Under the pieces are notes generated by a model, which worked only from the letters and a program-made list of their open reading frames with translations, searched no databases and was not told where the DNA came from. From a virus, in IMG/VR virus record IMGVR_UViG_3300027969_000058, positions 1 through 64,000 of that record: a DNA stretch of 64,000 bases. One strand, 5' to 3'. The translations under genes and the position numbers were made by a program. This document shows, one piece after another, positions 10,668 to 19,162 of the stretch (its first letter is position 1; every line of letters begins with the position of its first letter).

Positions 10668-11424
10668 ATTTTTGATCCTTTGGCATTTCACCTAAGTAAG
10701 TGAACATACTAATGCCTATCTTTCTTTTAATGTTTTGAGTTTTAAAATTACTTGCACAATGTAATCTCACAGCGTCAAACACTATTACATTTCCCGGAAT
10801 CCAAGGCTGTGCAGATTGGAAACTGAGACCGTTAAACCAAAAGTACTGGCAATGTGTTAAGTATTGGTTAAAAATATCTCTACTTAACGGTTCTGTACTT
10901 TTATTATGTACTTGACTGTACTCGTATATTGGTGTGTTATAATAAGATTCGATTTCTCGAGGTGCGCCACCAAAAAACTTACTTGGTCCTTCAAGATAGT
11001 ATTGATCAAAGAAACATAGATACGGATGTTGCCCTTCATCGTATCCTTCTTCGTATTCTATTTGAAGTGGAATAGTGATACCTTTATACGTCACAGGTCC
11101 TAATTTATCATCGTCATTGTGTATAATATGCGGGCTAACTACATCAAAAAAGAAAGCAGTGTATATTTTGCACTCGCCAATTTCTTCTTTTACTTTTTCA
11201 AAAATCTTTTTAAGTACAGGAATATTATTAAAATCGTCTCGCAACTCGCTGGTTACTGGACCTGTGTTTTTGTGTATTTTATTTGATCGAGTTTTGTATA
11301 ATTCTAATAGTTCGTTGATATCGTCTTTAGTCAGTACCTGTTCAAGACTAATAACATCTTTAAAGTTTGACACAATAGTATCACGCTCTTCTTGTGTTCG
11401 ATTCCTAAATAAATTCATTGCCAC
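10654..11424 (-). CDS. Fe(II)/2OG oxygenase
   Basis: HND...FDAVRLHC. Confidence 0.7.
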   Translation of the reverse strand: MAMNLFRNRTQEERDTIVSNFKDVISLEQVLTKDDINELLELYKTRSNKIHKNTGPVTSELRDDFNNIPVLKKIFEKVKEEIGECKIYTAFFFDVVSPHIIHNDDDKLGPVTYKGITIPLQIEYEEGYDEGQHPYLCFFDQYYLEGPSKFFGGAPREIESYYNTPIYEYSQVHNKSTEPLSRDIFNQYLTHCQYFWFNGLSFQSAQPWIPGNVIVFDAVRLHCASNFKTQNIKRKIGISMFTYLGEMPKDQKYVKQ

Positions 11425-11466
11425 TCCAAATGTATCTAATATTTATAGGATCAAGAATGCATAGCC

Positions 11467-11494
11467 AAAAAAATAGGACCTAAAGGTCCTATTT
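11467..11494. terminator. Intrinsic terminator (bidirectional)
   Basis: AAAAAA-ATAGGACC TAAA GGTCCTAT-TTT. Confidence 0.75.
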
Positions 11495-11958
11495 TAACCT
11501 GCATACCAAATCTCTGTAAATCCTTCTTCTTCAGTTGGATCTTCCCAACTGGCAATCATACTGGCAACAACATGATCTGGAATGTCTTTTCCGGGGCGAC
11601 TGCCTAACCGACGAATAAGTTCTGTGTGTTCAGGCGTCTTAAACACTACAGCAATATGTTCGTAGTCGGGTAACATGTTAAACTTACGGGCACGACTTTT
11701 TACAGTTGTACTGGTTTGATCCCAAATGATATCACGTTTTAATTCACGGGCCGCAATAACTTCTTTAGCCATCAAGTCTACAGCAGTGGGCATAAAATCT
11801 ACGAATACTTCGGAGTAGGTTCGACCTACTTCCTTGGCGTAAACTTCAACCCACTTATCAGTGTTAATGTAGACACACGTGACTGCCCAATCTTGATTTA
11901 AAAACCAGGTACTTTTTCCACTGCCCGGAACTCCAATTAATTGATAACACTTTGGCAT
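11494..11958 (-). CDS. P-loop kinase (polynucleotide kinase-like, AAA_33)
   Basis: GVPGSGKST Walker A; DQT motif. Confidence 0.8.
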   Translation of the reverse strand: MPKCYQLIGVPGSGKSTWFLNQDWAVTCVYINTDKWVEVYAKEVGRTYSEVFVDFMPTAVDLMAKEVIAARELKRDIIWDQTSTTVKSRARKFNMLPDYEHIAVVFKTPEHTELIRRLGSRPGKDIPDHVVASMIASWEDPTEEEGFTEIWYAG

Positions 11959-11959
11959 A

Positions 11960-12076
11960 TTATATTACCTCTACAATGTAGTATCCTGAATTAGGATACA
12001 TTTCGATTAACCATTCCAACATGCCCGGTTCATTGGGCAGTCGGATGGATTTGTACTTATTTGTAATATATGTCAT
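11960..12076 (-). CDS. Small hypothetical protein
   Basis: 38-aa ORF filling the operon gap. Confidence 0.4.
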   Translation of the reverse strand: MTYITNKYKSIRLPNEPGMLEWLIEMYPNSGYYIVEVI

Positions 12077-12077
12077 A

Positions 12078-12665
12078 TTACATCGTTGGTCCGTTGCCAC
12101 TCTTAAAGCCAACAGTGCCGCCCTCTGCTTCAATGCGTTTAATGACATCTTCAAATAAGATAGGAGCAAAATCCGGAAGTTGTTCCACGCAAACGCAGTG
12201 GTAGCGAGTATCAACTACAGGAATTCCATACTTACCTGCAGGTTCCATCATTACACGATTAGCGTGTAAGTGACCGTGAATGTTAGTACCGAACCGGCCT
12301 AATGACTCTGGGTGCAATGGAATATGACTTAAAATAAGTCCGTTCATAACGTGGTAGGCACGTAATTCACGGAAGTATTGTCTGTACTCGTCATCACGAA
12401 AGATATCATGGTTGCCGCGTATTAACACTTTGTCACCGTTTAATCGATGTAAGATTTTCAATGCCTTACGGTTGATCACAACGTCACCTAAATGGTAGAC
12501 CTTATCAGTAGGCTTGACACGGTCATTCCAAGCCTTGACCATGGCTTCGTCCATTTCATCTGCATCATCCCATGGACGTAATTTTGTAACACCATCGTTA
12601 CGGGTAAAGCGGCATACACCTGTGTGTCCAAAGTGCGTGTCGCTTACTAAGAATACACTTGGCAT
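12078..12665 (-). CDS. Calcineurin-like metallophosphoesterase
   Basis: DTHFGH, GD, GNHD, HGHLH. Confidence 0.9.
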   Translation of the reverse strand: MPSVFLVSDTHFGHTGVCRFTRNDGVTKLRPWDDADEMDEAMVKAWNDRVKPTDKVYHLGDVVINRKALKILHRLNGDKVLIRGNHDIFRDDEYRQYFRELRAYHVMNGLILSHIPLHPESLGRFGTNIHGHLHANRVMMEPAGKYGIPVVDTRYHCVCVEQLPDFAPILFEDVIKRIEAEGGTVGFKSGNGPTM

Positions 12666-12677
12666 ATTGCCTCCTTT

Positions 12678-12851
12678 TTAGTAAGTTTCTTTTACAATAT
12701 CAAACTCTTCTGCAGGCCATTTGGCTTTAAACTCATCTGACTTAACATATTCGTTGTATGCTTTAGCATCAAAGAACATCTTATGAAATACTGTTTTAAA
12801 TGTGCCTTTTGGGTTTATAGTCAAATAAACCGATTTTGCTTTGCCTGCCAT
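12678..12851 (-). CDS. Hypothetical protein (57 aa, MAGKAKSVYL...)
   Basis: Not in ORF track; AAGGA SD, promoter upstream. Confidence 0.6.
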   Translation of the reverse strand: MAGKAKSVYLTINPKGTFKTVFHKMFFDAKAYNEYVKSDEFKAKWPAEEFDIVKETY

Positions 12852-12878
12852 AGTATGTCCTTTACTGTTTAATGTAAC

Positions 12879-12907
12879 ATTATAACACAGGCTTAGAGAT
12901 TAGTCAA
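12879..12907 (-). promoter_or_regulatory. sigma70-type promoter
   Basis: TTGACT-17-TATAAT. Confidence 0.7.
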
Positions 12908-13367
12908 CTGATTTAAAGGTGCGCCAGTCATCTAAGTTTGGCTTTTCGTCCGGATCATACGTCCAGCCCAACGTCTTCATCATTCGATGTTTAACCAAAA
13001 GATTTGGACTACGGAATCTTTCAGTGTCGTCAAAGCCCATCATGACTCCTACCTCACAGACCGCACCAGAACGGCAAATGCCAGCATAGCAATGAACAAC
13101 CACGTTCATACGATTAGCCAATGCGTGTTGCAGTAGTCGAACAAGCTCTGCAGCCTGCTCATAACTACAACGCATAGCTTCGTCCAAGGCAAAGTCCTTT
13201 TCTTCAATATCCAAGAACTCAAAGTTGTGACGCTCTTTAAACTGATGCTTGGCTTCAGGTCTCCAGCTGGCTGGATCCACAATACTGATCAGCATACTAT
13301 TTTCGCCAGCCGCGTGATGGAACCCTGTCGGGATATCAGCGGCAGCTACATTTTCAATCCAAGGCAT
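12900..13367 (-). CDS. Cys-based (tyrosine/dual-specificity) phosphatase
   Basis: HCYAGICRS = HCxxGxxRS; GGAGG SD. Confidence 0.85.
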   Translation of the reverse strand: MPWIENVAAADIPTGFHHAAGENSMLISIVDPASWRPEAKHQFKERHNFEFLDIEEKDFALDEAMRCSYEQAAELVRLLQHALANRMNVVVHCYAGICRSGAVCEVGVMMGFDDTERFRSPNLLVKHRMMKTLGWTYDPDEKPNLDDWRTFKSVD

Positions 13368-13382
13368 ATTAACCTCCAATGA

Positions 13383-13571
13383 TTATTGATGACCTTTACT
13401 TGTCAAACGGAAAAGTATACTAATTTCGTAGTGCAAATTCATAATTCGATTTCGACGTTTAATATATTCTTCATTGGCATTATCGCCATTGATAGTGAGA
13501 TAGTGCTCTGCGGCCTCATCGTTGGCTGCAATTAATTCTTTCTCTAATTTTTCTCTTTTCTCTTTTAACAT
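13383..13571 (-). CDS. Small helical protein, paralog of 59417-59614
   Basis: Aligns end to end with the 59417 ORF (MLK...AAE.YL...EEY...R.RI...GHQ). Confidence 0.6.
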   Translation of the reverse strand: MLKEKREKLEKELIAANDEAAEHYLTINGDNANEEYIKRRNRIMNLHYEISILFRLTSKGHQ

Positions 13572-13576
13572 TGTAG

Positions 13577-13978
13577 TTACTCCTCTAATGATCTACGAAA
13601 AATAAGTTCTTGCCTTGCAAAGGCATCAATCTCCCAGGGCATATCTAAGTACTTAGTACGTTTACTGTACTTTTTGCCTCTCCACCATTTATCACCGCCA
13701 TCTGCCTTCAATGTGCCTCTGGCAAGTTGTTTAACATGTACCATTTCGTGTGCTAAAGTAATACCCATTTCTTGCCACTTTGCAGGATGTAGGGCAATCA
13801 CATACGAGTCTAATCCAGCTAATGATGTAGTAAGTCCTTTGTCGTGTTCTAATCGGCACACATCAATTAGTAAAAATTTACGACTACGCTCAAGCCCCAA
13901 CTGACGGATCATGCTTGGTAAAATAGCATTAATAAATTTTTTAGTTTTTTCACTGCGCGATTTTACAAGATATTCCAT
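13577..13978 (-). CDS. HExxH metallopeptidase-like phage protein
   Basis: LAHEMVHVKQ...PWEIDA; start follows promoter. Confidence 0.7.
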   Translation of the reverse strand: MEYLVKSRSEKTKKFINAILPSMIRQLGLERSRKFLLIDVCRLEHDKGLTTSLAGLDSYVIALHPAKWQEMGITLAHEMVHVKQLARGTLKADGGDKWWRGKKYSKRTKYLDMPWEIDAFARQELIFRRSLEE

Positions 13979-14005
13979 AGTTGCCTTTTGTTGTACAATG
14001 TAAGT

Positions 14006-14034
14006 ATTATACTGGTTTTTAACTAAAGTGTCAA
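14006..14034 (-). promoter_or_regulatory. sigma70 promoter
   Basis: TTGACA-17-TATAAT. Confidence 0.85.
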
Positions 14035-14079
14035 CTGTTGCATAATCAAAAGAATAGGACCATAGGTCCTGGGTGTAAT

Positions 14080-14151
14080 TGAAGCGGCCGGGCAAGTAAC
14101 GAACTTTCTTTTTTGCTTGGAGGCAATGTTTTACATATAAACTACAGCCGC
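14080..14151 (-). ncRNA. Degenerate tRNA-Gly-like RNA
   Basis: GCGGCTG/CGGCCGC acceptor, TTGC-CTCCAA-GCAA arm, GTTCG; terminator follows. Confidence 0.4.
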
Positions 14152-14166
14152 AGTTTATTTATAAAA

Positions 14167-14535
14167 CTAACTAAGGTTGATTATATATCCCTTGCATCGT
14201 AATGTAAGTTCATCGCCGGAATTTAAGGTAGTTGTATTTAATAAGTCTGTAATATGATTTCCGTTTAACTTTTTGCTCAGTGTTTTCAATAGCTGTTTTT
14301 TAGCTGATATACCTTCTACAAAAGAACTTACACCAATGAAAACTATGCTATTGGCTGAATTATTTTTAATCTCAAATGCAGTAGGAACGAACCAACTTGA
14401 ATAAGAATCAAACTCAATAACTTTATCTACTTTTGCATCTATTTTGGAATATTTTTTATGTTTAATACTTACCATAGAATCTGCATTGCCACCGGAAAAA
14501 TAAAAAAAGAATGTAGTTTTACTTGCCATTTTCAA
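14167..14535 (-). CDS. Hypothetical protein
   Basis: ORF overlapping the upstream gene. Confidence 0.5.
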   Translation of the reverse strand: MKMASKTTFFFYFSGGNADSMVSIKHKKYSKIDAKVDKVIEFDSYSSWFVPTAFEIKNNSANSIVFIGVSSFVEGISAKKQLLKTLSKKLNGNHITDLLNTTTLNSGDELTLRCKGYIINLS

Positions 14536-15298
14536 ATAAGCTCGGAAGCCCCATTATTTTCTTATAAAAATAATTAGAAATTGCAGTATGACTATTTGTA
14601 CCCAATGCATAGTATTTTCCTGCAAAGTCAAACGGCACACGTTTATCAAATCTGTTTATTGTTAAGTCAAACAGGCTAAAATTATTAGCTTTGGCAATAT
14701 TTGTTATTAGGTGTTTATTTTTAAAAATGTTGTAGTTATCTGATTTCCAATCTATAAAATCCCAATAATCTTCGTACGGAACTATTTCTCCATCATGAGA
14801 TGTAATTATTCCTGTAAATTCTTTACTGACAAATTCTCGCCTGTTGTTATGCGGCCAAAGGACACATACTGCTGTTATCTCTTCGCTCAATACTTGAGTT
14901 ATTTTTACAAGTACCCTTGACATTGTATCGCAACTCCCTCCAATTATTCCCATGTTTAACACTACGTGGTCGGGCATCTGTTTCGAAAGATTGGTAGGCC
15001 ATATATCATTGTAGTTTAGATTTATACCAAAAGTATCAGTACAACCTAAACATAATATTATTTTTTTGTTTTTTAATTCTTCAACATTGTAATCAAAATT
15101 ACTTCTATAACCAAGGTTATTAAAAGCAAAAGTTATATCAGGATACCATTGATTTATTCGTAACACGGCAGATCGATATTCTTCAGGATTTATTTTTTTT
15201 GAAAATATGTCCTGATATGCAGAAGGAAACTCCGATTTAAAGTACTTGTCTTTAAACTCATCTTTACCTAAATAATATTCTATTTTCTCTACACTCAT
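14519..15298 (-). CDS. SGNH/GDSL-like fold protein
   Basis: NNLGYRS, CLGCTDTFG, NMGIIGGS blocks (nucleophile position is Thr). Confidence 0.55.
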   Translation of the reverse strand: MSVEKIEYYLGKDEFKDKYFKSEFPSAYQDIFSKKINPEEYRSAVLRINQWYPDITFAFNNLGYRSNFDYNVEELKNKKIILCLGCTDTFGINLNYNDIWPTNLSKQMPDHVVLNMGIIGGSCDTMSRVLVKITQVLSEEITAVCVLWPHNNRREFVSKEFTGIITSHDGEIVPYEDYWDFIDWKSDNYNIFKNKHLITNIAKANNFSLFDLTINRFDKRVPFDFAGKYYALGTNSHTAISNYFYKKIMGLPSLFENGK

Positions 15299-15367
15299 TT
15301 AACATTTTCTTTAAAATTATCATTGTTCTTGTACAAAATAACTATTTATTACAGCGTCTGTTAATCT

Positions 15368-15393
15368 AAAAAAATAGCACCCAAAGGTGCTAT
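15368..15393 (-). terminator. Intrinsic terminator after the DUF2828 gene
   Basis: ATAGCACC TTTG GGTGCTAT + T run. Confidence 0.75.
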
Positions 15394-15409
15394 CTAAAAA
15401 CATTGTTTT

Positions 15410-16816
15410 TTAGATATCGTAGCGTGGGACCATTACAGTCTTAAGCATGATACCTTCTGGAGTGAATTGATCCAAATCAGCGGACAGCAAACTGGTCATT
15501 ATACTTGGGCTAAATCCACTTACCAAAGCCGCACCACTCTTGTCAGCCTTAACAGGCACGTTGTCTGAACTGTTTAGGTTCCAGAAAACAATCTGTGGCA
15601 CAGTGTAACCTGCATCTGCGAACTTGCGTTCGATCATTTGCATTGCTGTGTCGTCGTAACGGGCGCATTGGTTAAACTGCATGTCACTCAAGATTAGCAA
15701 CATGGCTGGCATGTCGCTGGCTGGCACTGCGCCCTTAACTGCAACGCTTAGGATCTTGTCCATAGCGGCATGCAAGTTAGTGCTCATGTCCCAATCACTC
15801 TTGCTCATTTGAGCAACCTTGTCAACAATATTACCCTTTAGAGTAACCAGTTCTGGTTTGTCTGAGAAAGTCAAGAATGTGTCCTTGAACACGCCCTTGT
15901 TCTTATCTGCTAAGTACAAGCCCAAGCTGATTGAAACATCCATGCAAGTTACGCCAGTGTTCTTTCCTGCTGGGCAACTCATAGAACCGCTAACGTCTAC
16001 GATTGGCATGATGCTGGCATCTCCAACGTAGTTAGGCAAAGCATCCCACTGTGCCACAATGTGGTCAGTAGCTGTCTTGTCCAAAGTAGTGCGATTGATA
16101 ACACCCTTCAGTACATCATGTGGAAAGATTGCGTTGGCGTTAACCTTAACAGTCTTGTCACCTGATACTAACTTAGCCACATACTCTGCGAACAGAGGAG
16201 TGTGACGACCGAATGCCTTCTTGTAGTTGCGAGCAGCCACAGATGGAACATGCGAGAAGTTGATGTTATCCCAGTCGTTGGCACACATTTGTGTTTCAAC
16301 AACTGTGGTCATTGCTACCAATGACTTGCGGTACTGCTTAGGAGTCATTCCAAAGAATGCTCGTACTTCAGCCGCAATCTTACCCTTACGAGGAGTCCAC
16401 TTTGCAGCCAAACCGTTCTTAGCACGAAGAGCATCACCCAACATGGTATAAGCGGCTGACTTTAGGTCTGGGTTGGTAAAGACAAATATGTCATCCCAAC
16501 GACCTACTTCTGGAATCTTCTTTAGAAGAGCTAAAGCGGCGTCTGGGTCACGCTTTTCCAAATGAACAAGTATGTCGCGGAATAATTGACGCTCACCTGC
16601 ACCACCACGGACATCACGTGCCCATTGTGCGATGCGTAGCGCAACGTCAGAGTTTTCTACGTAAGCCGCAGTGAACTCGCCGGTGATGTTCTTACCACGG
16701 CTTGCGCCGATCTTGTAGAACAGGTCAACACAAGCCGAAGCTGTTGACTTACGTGCCTTCATGCCGTTGGCAGTACGGGCTTCTTGATTTGCGATTGCTT
16801 GAACGAAAGTGTTCAT
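15410..16816 (-). CDS. DUF2828 / TROVE(Ro60)-like protein with C-terminal vWA domain
   Basis: RDVRGGAGER, GRWDD, LAAKWTPR, DVSGSM MIDAS, SDMQF, FWNL. Confidence 0.85.
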   Translation of the reverse strand: MNTFVQAIANQEARTANGMKARKSTASACVDLFYKIGASRGKNITGEFTAAYVENSDVALRIAQWARDVRGGAGERQLFRDILVHLEKRDPDAALALLKKIPEVGRWDDIFVFTNPDLKSAAYTMLGDALRAKNGLAAKWTPRKGKIAAEVRAFFGMTPKQYRKSLVAMTTVVETQMCANDWDNINFSHVPSVAARNYKKAFGRHTPLFAEYVAKLVSGDKTVKVNANAIFPHDVLKGVINRTTLDKTATDHIVAQWDALPNYVGDASIMPIVDVSGSMSCPAGKNTGVTCMDVSISLGLYLADKNKGVFKDTFLTFSDKPELVTLKGNIVDKVAQMSKSDWDMSTNLHAAMDKILSVAVKGAVPASDMPAMLLILSDMQFNQCARYDDTAMQMIERKFADAGYTVPQIVFWNLNSSDNVPVKADKSGAALVSGFSPSIMTSLLSADLDQFTPEGIMLKTVMVPRYDI

Positions 16817-16828
16817 GATATTTCCTTT

Positions 16829-16883
16829 ACAGAATGTGTTGTTTTTCGATTATAGTGAAAATTGAATTTGCTGTTAACATTCT
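16829..16883 (-). ncRNA. ACAGCAA-motif RNA, copy 1
   Basis: AGAATGT-TA-ACAGCAA...ACATTCT-G closing stem with inner hairpin. Confidence 0.6.
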
Positions 16884-16890
16884 AAATTTA

Positions 16891-17056
16891 ACAGGATCGT
16901 TGTTGACTGCTTTTATTTTACACAGGCCATCACTCTGTGCTCGTTAGTCTTGTTTCAATAGACCCCTTCAACGCTCGGTGTTTTTACGCACTCTGCTCCA
17001 GTTTCTACCACAGTGTCTAACAGTTCATAGTATATGAATGTTGCTGTACCGATCCT
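16891..17056 (-). ncRNA. ACAGCAA-motif RNA, copy 2 (long, multi-hairpin)
   Basis: AGGATCG-GT-ACAGCAA...CGATCCT-G; starts ~30 nt after promoter. Confidence 0.6.
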
Positions 17057-17090
17057 AAAACTCTTTAGCATTGTTACTTGCTATGTATCT

Positions 17091-17119
17091 ATTATAACAG
17101 TATTGCACTGTCTTGTCTA
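17091..17119 (-). promoter_or_regulatory. sigma70-type promoter for motif RNAs + DUF2828
   Basis: TAGACA-17-TATAAT. Confidence 0.75.
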
Positions 17120-17150
17120 CTCTTTTTGGCTAAATGCCTAAAAGTATTTT

Positions 17151-17227
17151 TGGTCGGAGTACAAGGATTCGAACCTTGGACCCCCTGGTCCCAAACCAGG
17201 TGCGCTACCAGACTGCGCTACACTCCG
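17151..17227 (-). tRNA. tRNA-Pro(TGG)
   Basis: cloverleaf, CCA encoded. Confidence 0.95.
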
Positions 17228-17301
17228 AATATTTGGATGGGCTTCTCACCCAAATGACTCTAAACGAGTTGTTGATAGTCATCTTTCATACTACCCTTGT
17301 T

Positions 17302-17376
17302 TGGTACCTGGTCACGGTTTCGAACCGCGGACCCTCTCCGTGTAAAGGAGACGCTCTACCCCTGAGCTAACCAGGC
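17302..17376 (-). tRNA. tRNA-Val(TAC)
   Basis: cloverleaf, CCA. Confidence 0.95.
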
Positions 17377-17385
17377 AAAATTATC

Positions 17386-17556
17386 TTAGTTACTTTGCGG
17401 GCCTGAAGGACGTTTTTCTCGTTTTGGCTGAACGTCAGCACAAAGTTCTGCGTCGATCATTGCACGTTTAAATGCATTACGATCTTCTGCATTAGTAATA
17501 GTACACATGAATCTTTTTGTTTGCTTACTAATTTTAAATGTTTTACCTGGTTTCAT
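17386..17556 (-). CDS. Small basic hypothetical protein (MKPGKTFKISKQTKR...)
   Basis: 56-aa ORF directly after a promoter. Confidence 0.6.
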   Translation of the reverse strand: MKPGKTFKISKQTKRFMCTITNAEDRNAFKRAMIDAELCADVQPKREKRPSGPQSN

Positions 17557-17581
17557 TGTAGTCTCTTTGTTTAGTATTCTT

Positions 17582-17610
17582 ATTATACAGTATATTTGTT
17601 AGTGTGTCAA
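17582..17610 (-). promoter_or_regulatory. sigma70 promoter
   Basis: TTGACA-17-TATAAT. Confidence 0.85.
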
Positions 17611-17622
17611 TTGTTTTAACTA

Positions 17623-18213
17623 TTAATCTATAAACACAAATTCAAATATAAAGCATGTCCTTGGATCATCACTATTGTGACGGCTTACGGCATGTGGAAC
17701 ACCCGGCGGGTGAATTATTAATTGTCCTTCGCTGGGAACTATAAAGTGTTTTTTATTTCCTGGATACTCGTGATGCTCAGAACCATTTACTCCGCCATCA
17801 ATTAGCACTAACTCTGCACTATTCTTTGGCACTTGATAATAAAAAATAACAACACCGTCTGCTTGTTCTGGATGTGTATGACAGCGACCTTCGCAGTCTT
17901 TCAGCATCCTATTAGTCCATGCTCTTGGCATTACATATCTTGGCTTTTTTATGCCCCTGTCATCTGCTACTAATTGTAATTGTGTTCCAATCCATTCCAT
18001 TAGTCTTTCCATTCCTGGAAGTTTGGCAATGTGCAAATCGATACCTACCGAAGTAAGTGCTTCGCCTATTTGCGATCTATCAACTTTATTCTTGATGTCA
18101 GGAATCCTGTACACCATTTCTATCGAGTCAGATAGAGTTTTATTTTTATAAATGCTCTCATCAGGACACTTTGATAGGAATATCTTATGACCAAAGATAG
18201 TCTGGGTATTCAT
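17623..18213 (-). CDS. Fe(II)/2OG oxygenase (TIGR02466-like)
   Basis: HTH...PSEGQLIIHP...HAV...R. Confidence 0.75.
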   Translation of the reverse strand: MNTQTIFGHKIFLSKCPDESIYKNKTLSDSIEMVYRIPDIKNKVDRSQIGEALTSVGIDLHIAKLPGMERLMEWIGTQLQLVADDRGIKKPRYVMPRAWTNRMLKDCEGRCHTHPEQADGVVIFYYQVPKNSAELVLIDGGVNGSEHHEYPGNKKHFIVPSEGQLIIHPPGVPHAVSRHNSDDPRTCFIFEFVFID

Positions 18214-18216
18214 TTG

Positions 18217-18444
18217 TTATCTAATTCTTTTTAAATAATCAGGACCTAATTTGCCTTCTTGAAATTCAAGTAATGCAGTTATGGGCGTATATATGTGTTC
18301 TTTACTTTCACTTTGCTTATGACGACGTGAAAGTTCTTTTGCACGTGCCGCTGCCATAATAACAAGATCGAATCTGTTATTGCCTGCGTTAATAACACAT
18401 TGCTCAATATCAATCTGAGGTCCACGACTTAATTTATTATTCAT
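18217..18444 (-). CDS. rpoZ: RNA polymerase omega subunit homolog
   Basis: NRFDLVIMAAARAKEL...ALLE. Confidence 0.8.
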   Translation of the reverse strand: MNNKLSRGPQIDIEQCVINAGNNRFDLVIMAAARAKELSRRHKQSESKEHIYTPITALLEFQEGKLGPDYLKRIR

Positions 18445-18445
18445 A

Positions 18446-19072
18446 TTATCTCTTAAAAAAGTTATCTATCTCACTCAGCATATTATACTGACTTTTTAAC
18501 AACATGTCAACGGTATTTGAGTAACTATCATTACCACACCATGGCGCACCTACGGCAATTGTTAATTTTACTTCGTCTGTAAAGTTGGTCATACCATGTG
18601 GCCAACTCCCGTCCATAATAAACGGACCAGTTATGTTTGGAGCATGTATATTACCTTTATCAGTAACAAAGTATAAAGTGTCAGTTCTGCCTTGTAACAC
18701 TATTCTAAATTTATGTTGTTGTGACCCCATATCTTTCTTGTCACAATCAATGTGCTCATTATTAGCAAAGGTTGGCTTGGTCATCAAAGCCATAACTCTC
18801 GATTTCATCCCCATCCAAGGGAATACGTAATCATCAAACCAGTTTCTTAAAATTAGCGGTGTATAACTAACCCATTGGAAATCTGCAGTTTTGGATCTGT
18901 TATCTGATCCTGCCTTACCTTGTTTCCCACCTTTAGTCATCAAAGGCAACATACTGGTGGCGCGATATTCATCCCACCACCAGTAGTTTTGGTTAACGTT
19001 TATAAGTTCTGACGCAACTGCATTGCGATCAAACTCTGGAAGATTCACTTTAGAAAACAGTATATTACTCAT
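18446..19072 (-). CDS. Fe(II)/2OG oxygenase
   Basis: HID...WPHGMTN. Confidence 0.65.
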   Translation of the reverse strand: MSNILFSKVNLPEFDRNAVASELINVNQNYWWWDEYRATSMLPLMTKGGKQGKAGSDNRSKTADFQWVSYTPLILRNWFDDYVFPWMGMKSRVMALMTKPTFANNEHIDCDKKDMGSQQHKFRIVLQGRTDTLYFVTDKGNIHAPNITGPFIMDGSWPHGMTNFTDEVKLTIAVGAPWCGNDSYSNTVDMLLKSQYNMLSEIDNFFKR

Positions 19073-19079
19073 AATTGAA

Positions 19080-19153
19080 TGGAGCGGGATGGGAGAATCG
19101 AACTCCCGACATTAGATTGGAAATCTAAGGTAATGCCATTTTACGAATCCCGC
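19080..19153 (-). tRNA. tRNA-Gly(TCC)
   Basis: cloverleaf, CCA. Confidence 0.93.
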
Positions 19154-19162
19154 AGGTGTTTA

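Noticed and set aside
17232-17290. Small hairpins between tRNA-Val and tRNA-Pro, and the spacer at 28565-28620
   Set aside because: Too short and without repeats or covariation to support a call.
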